A stretch of DNA of 63,345 nucleotides, counting the filler, from Jimgerdemannia flammicorona (lineage: Eukaryota): NCBI GenBank assembly GCA_003990765.1. It is 2 parts of 2 records of this genome, joined end to end, with 100 filler letters (N's around TTAATTAATTAA, not from the genome) between each part and the next. Parts side by side here need not be neighbours in the genome. Positions count along the whole stretch, not along the records: positions 31,729 to 63,345 come from RBNJ01000385.1; 1 more part is not named here. One strand, written 5' to 3'. The position numbers and the translations under genes are program-made. The notes under the pieces were generated by a model. The model saw nothing but the letters and a program-made list of their open reading frames with translations, made no database searches and was not told the DNA's origin. Positions 49,360-60,800 of the stretch are shown in pieces. Position 1 is the stretch's first letter, and each line of letters opens with the position of its first letter.

Positions 49360-49589
49360 GGGAGCACGGCGAGACCGAAGAGGGACGAGGTGATAATTAG
49401 AAGTCATATCAGTTATGTAATACACTCGCTTGTATTGATAGAATACCTTTCTATACCTTGTATATTGAGTATTTTAGTTAATAATAATGAGTTTGTATAT
49501 GTTAAATATAGTTTATCGGTATATTGTGATAGTTGATTTGAATTAGGAACAAGAATTGAGGATGGATATATTTAATTACAATATAGCTA

Positions 49590-51090
49590 GCTAATTTGTA
49601 TAAATATTCTCAATATTTAGAGTGAATAAATCTCAGGTTAATCGAGTTTAAATCTCTTCTGATAGTTTAATAATGAGATTAGATATATATTATCTATAAC
49701 TCTGAGAAGTTAAGAAGATTACAAATATAAGTAACTCTGAGAATTAAGTATGTAAGATAAAGAAATCTACTATATATTGCAGATTATAATTATATATATT
49801 AAGTTATAATATATAGTTTACTAATATTTCTAGTATTTTATATTATTAGTAATAAATATATTATATACATAGGTAAATAATATTTTAAATAATAAAAAAA
49901 ACTTATCTTTAGAAAGATTTTAGTAATAAAGTAAAGTCTGAGTGACTATGAAAAAAAAAGGTTATCATATAATTTTAGAGTATATCTAAATCCTATTTAT
50001 ATAATTATTTACTTTTTATATTTATTTATTAATATTAAATAATTATTTTATATAAAAAGAAAGAAAGTACATAAGTAAATTAAAAATAAAAATAAAAATA
50101 AACTTTATTATATTTATAAAATATATGAAAATAATTTTATTAATCTAAAGTAACTTAAAAAGCTACTTATATATATAGAAATAAATATATATCTAATTAT
50201 CTAAATTATATATTTATTATTAATATATTATATTAAATATAATTTTATAAACAGATTAAAAAGATTAAGTTCTTCTTTTTATAAACTAATTTATATAATA
50301 ATTAGTATATATTTCTAAATATTTAAAATGAATATTATATTAACTAATAAATATTAAAGTTAGATATTAGACTTTAAGTTATATTTTATTTATTAAACAA
50401 GATAAAATATATTAGTATAATAAATAACATAACTACTAAAGATAAAAAAGTAAAAAGAGATTAGCAAAGTAAATTACTGACTAAGAAAACCCTAAATAAA
50501 GACCAGTAAGATGACTATCTTAAGAAGGAAGCTTGAGAAACTATTTTATTATAATTATAAAGAGAATAAAATATAAAAGTAATATTAAAAAAACTAAGAT
50601 AGAATATATAATTATTTAATACTAATACTAAAGAAATTATATATTTATAACTAAATACCAACTAAGTAATATTAAATAAATAATTCAATATAGCCTCATT
50701 AATAAAAAATAACTAGAGTAAATAAAAAAAATAAAAGAATAAAGAAAATATTTAATTACTTAATTACTTAAATATTACAATGTATGATATAAAAGAGAAA
50801 CAGAAAATAGATATATGATCACAGGCATTTTACAAATATAGAAACTTTACAAATATAGAGATTTTATAGATATAGAGAATCTATACTTATAAAAAATGAC
50901 TCATAGGAAATATAGTTATAACTTGGTTATCGTATAGTTAGCAAACTTATATAAATATCCCAGTATCTAGAGTGAATGAACCCCAGGTTAAAAAAGTTTG
51001 AGCCATAAACTGGTAGTCTGATAATGAGATCAGACAGATACTACTTATAACTCTGAGGAGTCAAGAAGAGTTATGGAAATCTACTATATT
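49590..51090 (+). repeat. Two diverged copies of a ~170-bp dispersed repeat (~49590-49770 and ~50940-51090)
   Basis: Shared blocks tataaatat...tagagtgaat...caggttaa...ataatgagat...tataactctgag...aagaaga. Confidence 0.6.
50354..50778 (-). mobile_element. Decayed 3'-UTR copy (T0) of the telomere-tailed LINE family
   Basis: ttaaagttagatattagactttaag followed by sequence alignable with 51372-51830 and 53351-53770. Confidence 0.6.
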
Positions 51091-51173
51091 TTCTTAGTTA
51101 CATATCTACTATATTATAATATTTATAAAACAAAGTCTATTATAAGATAGCTACTAAAATTATATAGAATATA

Positions 51174-51335
51174 TAGTACTTCTAATAAATTAAATCAAAG
51201 ATTTAATTTTATTTGATTTGAATTGAATTAAAAGTTTAATTCAATTTAAGTTTTAATTTGAACTCTATTTTTGAAATATAATAACTAAATGAAAACATAT
51301 TCAAATTTAACAATCTTTGGCTTATTATATTTCTC
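51174..51335 (+). mobile_element. Decayed left end of the hAT family
   Basis: TAGTACTTCTAATAAATTAAATC resembles the TIR; downstream sequence aligns with 16330-16410. Confidence 0.6.
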
Positions 51336-51371
51336 TAACAAGCTAAAGATGGTTAGAGATATAGTTAGAAA

Positions 51372-54300
51372 TAGGGTTAGGGTTAGACTTTAAGTAATAA
51401 TTTATTTTTTGTAGAATAGATAAGATATATTAGTGTAATAAATGACAAAGCCACCAAAGATGAGAAGAACTATTTTTCAAAAGTAGTTAAAAATATTATA
51501 GTAGAAATAATATAAAGAGTAGAAGAAGATCAATGAAGTAAACAACTAGCTAAGAAGAAACAATAAGGTTAGAGAGACAACTATCTAAAGAGACAGACTG
51601 AATGAACTATTTTATTGTAGCTATAAAGAAGATAAAAATATAAGTACAGATAAAGAAAACAAAATAAAATATATATATATTCTAGAACAATTACAGAAAT
51701 AGATAATAATAAGTAACTGATATAAATAAATAATTTGATATACTCTCAACAATAAGAGAACAAACTATGATAGATGAGAAGAGAGAAGAGAAAAAGAAAA
51801 TATATAATTACTCAATCACAAAAGTATCTTAATAATTTCAGTCAGCTAATTAGAAGTTGGTTACCAGAATTATATATCAATAAAATAGTAAACTGTCTCA
51901 TAAAGAGTATGAAGAGGGTTGGTATAAGATCCTTCTAATATTTATTATTAGTAAACTAGTTAAGTTATTTATAACTAAAATCACCTTAGAAGGCCAAATA
52001 TAAATCATCAAGAAGACTATATATATAAAGTTGGCTATGATAAAACTGATCTCCTCAGAGATAGAGATAGAGTTGGTCAAAGTAGCTATAATACTATAAG
52101 TATAAAACACATAAGCTAGGGAGAAAGAAAAGGATATCAATAGCTTGACTATAAGTGGCTATAGAATATAATATACTGAAAAAGTGCCTGAGAGGAGGAG
52201 ACCCAATCTTATAGTAACTAGACTTGAAGAAAAGGCTAAAGGAAAGAGTAAAGCAGGTGAGTCTTGCAAACCTGAGAACAAAGATTCTAGTATTAGTCAA
52301 GAAAGTTAAGTCAAAAGATCTAATATCAGAACTTGTCAATAAAGATATGTGATAAATTACTTATTAAGGGAGCTGATAAGATTGTTATCAGACTTACTAT
52401 ACTAATCTAAATAGACTTGAATATATAGTAAAGGTCTAATATATGATAAAGAAAAGAAGAGAGACAAAGAATCAAATTGTCAAACAAAGGCCTACTTGAA
52501 AATCTGACTGCTCAAGTGATAGCATCATTAAAGATCTTCTTAGAATATTTTAATATATGAAGTTCTATAGTAGTATTCAGATAAGAAGTATTAAAAAGAG
52601 ATAGACTATTTTCTAACTAAGGTATAATAATATTTATACAATTACTAACTTAATATTAGTGATCAGAAAGAACTATAAGTATATTAGAAACTAAGAGTTC
52701 ATTCAACTTTAGCTATATTTTATAATGTAAGATCAATAAAGTTTAATCTCTTATTGATATATAGTATAATAAGAAGGAGGTCACAAGAATAACTCACTCT
52801 CAATTAATACAGTATAGTCAGTTAGATTAATAGCTCTATATTATTTACCAAGAGTTAATCTTCATAGAAGTTAACTATCCTCTGACTCTCAGTAGTAGGG
52901 TTAGGGTTATAGTTAGGCTTCAAGTAATAATTTATTCATTGTAGAATAGATAAGATATATTGGTGCAACAAATGGTAAGACTACCAAAGATGAGAAAAGA
53001 AAAACAGTCAGTACTACCTTGAGATATCTTAAATTACTTATAAAGTAGATAAGATTACTATAGCTATTGCAAAAGAAGTAAAAGAAGGCCAGTGAAGTAA
53101 ATAACTAGCTAAGAAGAACAACAAGGCTGGAGAGGTGACCACCTAAATAAATAACAAAATAAAGAAAACTAGTTAAAATACATTGATGTTCTGTACCAAC
53201 TATAGTAAAAAGTATTAACAACTGAATATCAAATGGCTAACATGGAATAAATAATCTAATGCTCTCAATAATAAGGTGAAAACCCAAATAAATGAGAGAA
53301 GAGAAAAATATATGACTACTTAATTACTTAAGCATCTTCATATTTTCAGTAAGAGTTAGGGTTAAGCTTTAAGTGAGAGTTTTATTCATTATAGAAAAGA
53401 AGAGATATATCAAAGTAACAAACAGTAAAGAGTCTGAAGATGAGAAAAGCAAAAGAAAGCCAGCAAAGTAAACAACTAGCTAAGAAGAATAAAATAAAGA
53501 CCTGAGAGGTAACTACCCTAGGGATGTATTAGATTTACTATTTTGTCACAGCTATAAAGATAATAAAATACGGGAAGCAAAGAGAGAGAAGCTAATATAA
53601 AAATACATATAAGCTCAGCACTAACTACAGAAACAATATTGATAACCAAATACTAAGTAGCTAATATGAGACATATAATCCAATATACTCTCAACAAGGA
53701 ACCAATTAAGACAAATAAGAAAAGGAAAGAAGTAAAGAAAATATACAATTACTCAATAACTTAAGCATCTTTATAATTTCAGTCAGACAGAACCTGACCA
53801 CAAGATAGCTACAAGAATTACACATAGTGTTGATAGTATAGTAGGCAGTCTCATAAAGAGTATGAAGAGGGTGGGCATAAAGTTCCTTCTGCCATTCATT
53901 AATGATAAACCAGTCACATTGCTCACTACCAGAATTACCTTGGAAGGTCAAATACAAACCATTAAGAAGACTGTACCCATGGAGATATCAATGATAAAAC
54001 TTGTCTCTATAGAGATAGGAGTTGAGTTGGCCAAAATACCAAATGCCAAATAAGGGCAGAATGAACAAGCTGGGGGGGAAAGGAGAGTATATAATCAGCC
54101 CTACTTAACTATAAATGGCTATGAGATATGATTTATCAAATGAGGGCCTGAGAGAAGGAGGTCCATTCCTACAGTAACTGATCTCAGAGAAGAGACTGAA
54201 GAAAGGAGTGGAGTGAGCAAGTCTTGCAGACCTGGAGACAAAGGTTCTAGTACTAGTCAAGGAAGTTAAGCCAGAAAGTCTAATACCAGAACTTATCAAT

Positions 54301-55120
54301 AATAGAACTGAGAAGATACATGATAAAGTACTTGCTAAGGGAGCTGATGGAGTTGTTGTCAGACTTGCTACACCAATCTAGATAGGCTTAGAATATATAG
54401 CAGAGGTCTGATATATAATAGAGAAATGAAGAAAGGCTAAGGATTGAACTGCCAAGCAAGAGCCAGCTGGAAAACCCAACTGTCCAAGTGATAGCATCAT
54501 CAAAGATCTACTTGGGATACTTTAATATCTTAAGCCTCATAGTAGTGCTCAGATAGGAAGCTCATAGAAGTAGAAGGCCATACTCTAGCTAAGGCTTAAT
54601 AAATATTTACATATATGATGGCCAGCTTGACCATTGGTGACCAGAGCATACTATGGACAGAGTAGAAACCAAGAGTATATTATATTTTGTAATGTAAGAT
54701 CAATAAAGTCAAATTCTTTAGTAGTATACAATATGTCCAGATACATATAGGAGGAGGGTTGTGGGCATCTCACCCAAATCAGCACAGTATAGTCAGCCAG
54801 GCCAACATAACTGCACTTCTTGAGATTGAGCTCCATACTGTTCACTGTAAGCCTATCCTTACAAAAGTCAACCATTCTTTGACCCTTAGCAGTGGTGCAA
54901 GAGATAAGAGCAATATTGTCAGTAATGAAGAGCTTGAGAGAGAAGTTATACTCCTTAAACTGCTTATCAAAAGAGGTGGCAAGGGGGTTGATAAAGATAT
55001 CAAAGAGCCAAGGAGAGAGGAGAGAGCCCTGGAAGAGGCTGTGCTCAGTAGAGTGATAAGGTCATTAACAACTATCTGATATGAATAGTGATTGAAGGAA
55101 GAGGGTGATCTGGGCTTCTG
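51372..55120 (-). mobile_element. Head-to-tail array of three 5'-truncated copies (T1 51372-52895, T2 52896-53350, T3 53351-~55120) of a second LINE family with (CCCTAA)n 3' tails
   Basis: T3 encodes LFQGSLLSPWLFDIFI, FI(T)D(N)IALI, MELNLKKC, YMYL(D) and WSPMVKLAI. The three copies share an alignable 3' UTR. TTAGGG repeats at 51372-51386, 52896-52917 and 53351-53366. Confidence 0.8.
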
Positions 55121-57760
55121 CTAAATTGGCTAGACTTTTAAAAATTTGATAGATCTTTTGGCCCTAGAGGGAGTAGAGGACTGAAGGTTGATGTAGTAAA
55201 GCTGGAGGTGGTGAAGTTGCAACAGGTGTTAAGAGAGGAGGAGAAGATGCAGGTACAGAGTTTGGCTATACAGTTGTACTGATAGGGGCTGGAGGAGGGG
55301 GAGAGGCCCTCTATGTACCTTTCAAGAACCCTTCAGGCAAGAAGAGTGAGGCAGAGATAGAAGAGAGGCCTGGATTTTAATAGTGTGCTGGTATATGGTC
55401 TATAAGACATTCTAGGCTTATTAAAGGAGAGGTGGAGTAGTTTGTAGAGTGAGGAGGAGGGTGGGACTGATGCTGCTATCATTGAAAATACTTTGGAGAA
55501 TTAATATTCACCACAAGTAGATGAGCTGAGCAGCTTGGTGATACCAGTACAGGAGGAGGAGATTTATTATGTTTTTGTCACAATTATGCTGAACATGGTA
55601 CCAGAAGAGGATGGTCTGCTCTGGGACATTTGGAAGAAGATGGTGGGGTCCCTGGAGTGTGGGGTGAGTAGATGGCACTTTATAACTTAGTACTATAGTC
55701 AGAGAGGTGAGTGGGTGAGTAGGATCTGAGGCTGGTGGCCCTGCTTTTTAAGGACAAGAGCAAGTGAGAGGACTAGAAGAACTGGCAGCCTATCATACTT
55801 CTGGACATAGATAGGAAGTTGGTCACTAAGGTGGTAATAGCAAGGCTGCAGAAGATGGCCCAGCAGGTCTTGGGTGAGGAGCAGTGAGGTTTTATAGGGG
55901 GCTAGCTCATTAGTAATAGCATGACTTAAGTGTATAGCATCATTGAAGGGGTGTAAACCTGTAGACTAGATGTGAGATTGGTCTTCTTGGATCAGGAGAA
56001 GGCATATGACTATATTCAGAGGGTCTGGTTGGTGAAGATACTGGATAGAATTGGTATCTCTCAGCATTTCTGAGTGGCAATGATCAGCCTATTAGAAGGA
56101 AGTAGAGTAGTACTTATATGCAATAGACATTGAGGGGTGATGTTCTCTCTGGGTAGGGGTATTCTCCAGAGAGATCCATTGTCTTCTATTTTGTATGCTC
56201 TATCCTTGGAGCCATTGATGGATAGGATTCAGCAGAAGGTAGTGGGGTCTCAGTATTTGGAATTGTGTGGAAAGTGAGAGCCTTTGTAGATAATATGGTG
56301 GTTGCCCTAGGATTAATTGCTGATGTCAAGAATCTCTAGAAAATGTTAGATGGTATGAGATATACTCTGAGACTAAACTTAACTAGCATAAGTGTGAAAT
56401 GATGATATTAAGTAATAGCCTGGAGAGAGGGAATATCATTGGAACAATTGTCTCTACTGGAGAGACTGTGAGATACTTGGACAGCTATCTTTTGGTATAT
56501 AGGTCAGTCCTATCAAAATCTTGGTAGGAGCAGTGGATGGCTATCTGGAGGAAGGCCCTGTAGAGTTGGGGAGGCCACCACTTATCTTTAGTAAGATATG
56601 TTTCAATTTTGAATAGCTACTGACTGCCAAAGTTGTAGTATTTGACATATTATCTGGATCTTTTAGGCTGAGTGGTGAAGAGGCTATTGAAGCTGGCCAA
56701 AGATTGGATCTGGATTAGGAGGAGGAGTCTGATTAGCTGAGAAATCTTATTACTACCAGTGGCTAGAGGAGACCTTGAGCTGGTTGACTTCTCAAAGAGA
56801 CTAAATTGTCTGAGAGTATGGTGGCTGAAAAGAGCTATGGAACTGAGAGATAGTAGTTAGATTTCTCTGATAAAGTATATCTGGAAGATAAGGTTCTCAC
56901 TAAGAGGCTCTACAGGAGATCTACTGTCCTTTATTGGGCTTCAGAATAGTGAGTGTATGAGATATAAGAGATTCTGGTAGAGAGTAGTAAATGGGGTACA
57001 CTATATCAAAATTCACTGTTAGAGAGATGAAGAAGAGATACATACCTTAGGGCCTGGTGATATAGAGAGAGAATTACATATTGTTGAGGGGTACTCTTCT
57101 AATTAACTTTAATATTGGCAATGGGGTTGAGTGCCAGAGGGGGTTGGGACAGAATGTATGATCTAGCAGTTAGCAGATAGTGGATATTGGGGAGGAGTGG
57201 TACTGAAATGATATCTGGGCATAGAGTGCAGAGATAAGGAGATGACTACCACCTAAGTACTAAGTGGTCTGGTGGTATATACTGTCAAGGAATGTAATGT
57301 TCAACTTTTACTTAGGCCACTTTATAGAAAAGAGAAGCTATGACTGTGAGGAGTGTTATAATGTAGGATAGAAAGAAGAGTTGGTACAGATATCAGAACA
57401 TTGGCTGAGAGAGTGCAAGGTACTTAGTGACTTTTGGTTAGTTGTTCAGAATTAATTAGGGGTTGTAAGAAGGGGGGATAATGAGAGGAGTCAATAGGAG
57501 GATCTGATATATAGTTTTGTGGGGAGTTAGAAAGGAGTGGCTCACTATAGATTGGGTATTGACTATATAGAGATAGGATACTGGCTATTTGTTTTTGAGG
57601 AAAGGAGGTTTTTGGGTTTGAAGAAGTGACTATTGAGGTAGAAAGGGTTGGAGAAGTGAGTGGTAAGGTGGTATTTAAGTATGAGAGTATCAGGGGGGAG
57701 TCCCCTATGGAAATTAGGTAGTGGGAGGGGATACTATATATATAGCTGATACTGCACCTT
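55120..57760 (+). mobile_element. 5'-truncated L1/Tx1-type LINE copy B (RT and C-terminus), decayed
   Basis: LLFKDKSK..D.KNWQPIILLD, FLDQEKAYD, GRGILQRDPL and VRYLD; homologous to copy A. Confidence 0.88.
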
Positions 57761-57849
57761 TCTCAGTTACTACTCACGTTATATATACTTTTACAATATA
57801 CTTTCAGAGTATTTATTGGAGAAAGATACTAAGGTCATAGCAATCAACA

Positions 57850-60800
57850 AGCAAGCTAACATATATATTAGGTCAGGTGGACCTGGAGCCTTTAACTGAC
57901 AATATGTTAGATGAGGGTATAGATTAGGGATAGGGTCTTTCAGTGGTCCAAGTAGGCAGGACAGTTCAGGCAATAGTAGTAGCACTGGGAGAGAAGTAGG
58001 AGGGCAGAAGAGAAAGAGCTTTGCAAATATGCTGAAGACTAGTAGATGGTCTGTTAGATCTCATGGTAGGCAGATGGAGGGGAAGGGAAAGCAGAGAGAA
58101 GGAGAAGTGGGAGATATAGCTCATCAGTCAGTGGGTGGAAGGGCTGGTGGAGTAGCTGCTGGGAATAGGAGAGGGATTACTAATAGTAGCATAACTGAGA
58201 ATCTGGAAAAAAATCCAGATATAACTATTGATAGTGGAATAAAGCAGATGGGACCAAAGAGGAAAGGGGACCTGGCTGATAGTGTGATGGGGCTAGCAGT
58301 GGCATCATTACTCAAGAAGTAGAACTCAGAGTTTGCAGCAACCTTATGCTTCTGGGACTTAGTAGTGATAGCAAGGATGGTCCTGGAGATTATCTCAGAG
58401 CAAGTGACTGGAGCTATCTCAGTGATGTTTCTGAAGGAATTGGAGGGGGTTGTAGTGGGTTATAAGGAGGCAGGTCTACTAGAGGAAGCATTGAAGACTA
58501 GAGTGATAGTAGAAGAGGTGGTGGTCCCTATGGTATAGGGTTTGAGGTGGGACCACAGAGTGGTTCAGTTACTGGTAAAGGAGGTACCTATGGTGACAAA
58601 AGTTGAGACTAGGAGGAGGGTGGAGGAGGTAATGGCAGAGTATAGTGATGTGGTCAATATTTGATTCCAAATGTATGAAGGACCACTTTCAGAACTGGAG
58701 ATATTGATATTAGGATTAGACTGGCAGAGAGAGAGGCCACAGAGAAGATGAGTGACTGGCCTTTAGTTATGTTGTGGGGGGCCTTCATCTGTAAGGTGTC
58801 AAGAGTGAAAGAGAGTGAGGAGGAGGAGGAGGATCTGTTAGAGGCTCTAGAGGAAATGAGCAGGGCAGTAGAGTAGAGGGTGAAGGTCTGGAAGATGTAT
58901 ATAGAGTCTATACATTTGGAAATTGTGGATGGAAAACATATTCACACTGACTAGAGGTAGTGAGAGAGGGCTCAGGAGTGCAAGAGACAGAGAGAGTTGA
59001 TGGTAAGCCTGAAAGGAGGGGTGAAGAAGAATGCTGGTGGAGCTGAGGAGTCTGGAGATACCAAAGTGGGTGTCTGGGCTAGTAAGAGAGAAGAGGATAG
59101 GGAGGAGGGTCTGGATGGGGCCAAGAAGATGCCTAGCAATGACCCTTATGCAGATGGTATATTCAAAGTCTGGGAAGAAGTATTAGATGACACTCTCTCT
59201 CTTATCAGGAGGAGTCCAGCTGAGAGGAGCAAGGCAGTAGAGGATGTGCAAATATGTGGTGTCCAGCAAGTACACTTTGGAGTTCCTGACATGGTAAAAG
59301 GGGGACAGGTGGTGGCAGTTGGCAAGGATGAGCTAGTGGATGTCTAGGAGGAGGAGTGGGATGAGACTGTGAGTATTGGAGCTGATACTACAATGCTGGA
59401 TACTGGGAGGCCAGCAATGTCAGAAGAGAAGGAGGTGAGAAACCTACTGTGGATGTGCCAGATTATAAACAACTTTGTTGCTAAAGAGCAGGGAGAAGTG
59501 GACCTGAGAGTGATGAGCAAGGAGGATTGGGCACAGATCCTATTTAGTGATGGGGTAGTAGAGGCACTGAAGGTGGAGGTGCTTATAATTCTTCTTGAGG
59601 AGGAGGGATATGAGATTGATAAGGAGAGGGTGGCCTAGCTGGTAGTTGTTGCTAGTGAGCAGGCCACCTTCTGTTAGGTAGAGTGTCATGGGCTGAAACT
59701 CTGGCAGGAGGCCTGCCTGGAGTATTATGAAAACTTTGAAGAAAAGGAGAATGGGGAGATGGCCAAACTTCTGGTTAGATTGGAGACCAAGGAGGCTGAA
59801 GAGGAGGGATTGGCTGCTGAACATAACTTGGATATAGCACAAGAGGGGAGGGATGTGGATTTGTAGAGGATGAGCATGACCCTACTTCTAAATATTATTC
59901 TCAATAAACAGTACAACTAATATTTTTTTTCTGAATGTGAATAGGTTACAGAGATCTGGGTAGTGAAAGAACATTTTCACTTAGCTTAAGAGATTAGAGG
60001 CTGATCTCTTTCTGCTGCAGAATGTACATTGTGAGGATGATGTGGATCAAGTGGAGTGGACTAGAGAATGGAGAGGAGCTATAGCTTGGATTAGCAAAGT
60101 GGCAATTTTGGTGCAGAGAGATAAAGGGGATTTAGGTGGAATCAGGAGCTGAGAAGACTGTTTTGTATAGGGGGAATGGTGTCGACCTGGGTGGGAGCCA
60201 GTGAGAGTTGGCTCTTACTACTGCCTGGCAGCTAGGAGTGAGCAGATTGCATAGGTTAAGAGTCTTTTAAAGGAGGGCACATTCTTGAAGAATGGGGTGG
60301 ATGTTCTGGGAGGTAACTTCAATATGGTATAGAATCTTCATAGATAGAACTGATAGAGAAAGGAGTACTAATGGAAGGAGTGGCAGTCCAAATATATGAG
60401 AGGAGGTGGAGAACCTTAGCTCCTTAGGAAATAGAGGCAGAATACAGTGGGGAGAAAAGAGAATTTATATATTGGATGAATGGCCTAGGTATAAGGATTG
60501 ATTGGATACTGACAGCTAAATACTGGGGCATATATATTTAGAGGACTTTAGAGGTAGAGTGGTATCTATGGACAGATTATTGGGGACTGTTAGGGTAGGG
60601 GCAGTTTGGGGGAAGTAGAGATGGATCTAGACATTAGTACCTTTACTCCTCTCAGCTAGCTGAGAAGGTTTTGTATGACTCTTTGGTATAGGCCATTTAG
60701 TGAAGATCATAAGCTGGGTATATGAGGGTTTGCAAGTGGATATCCAGTAGATGAAGTTGAAAGAGACTTTGAGGGTTCACTGGAGAGAAGTTGGTAGGAA

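Noticed and set aside
51040..51090. CTGAGGAG...GAAA as a hammerhead ribozyme core
   Set aside because: Could not build stems I-III around the core; an alternative simple hairpin explains the pairing.
53351..55120. Telomere-tailed elements as Penelope-like Athena/Coprina
   Set aside because: RT motifs (QGSLLSP, decayed FIADD, LNLKKC) are LINE-like rather than Penelope-like; kept as a LINE of unresolved clade.
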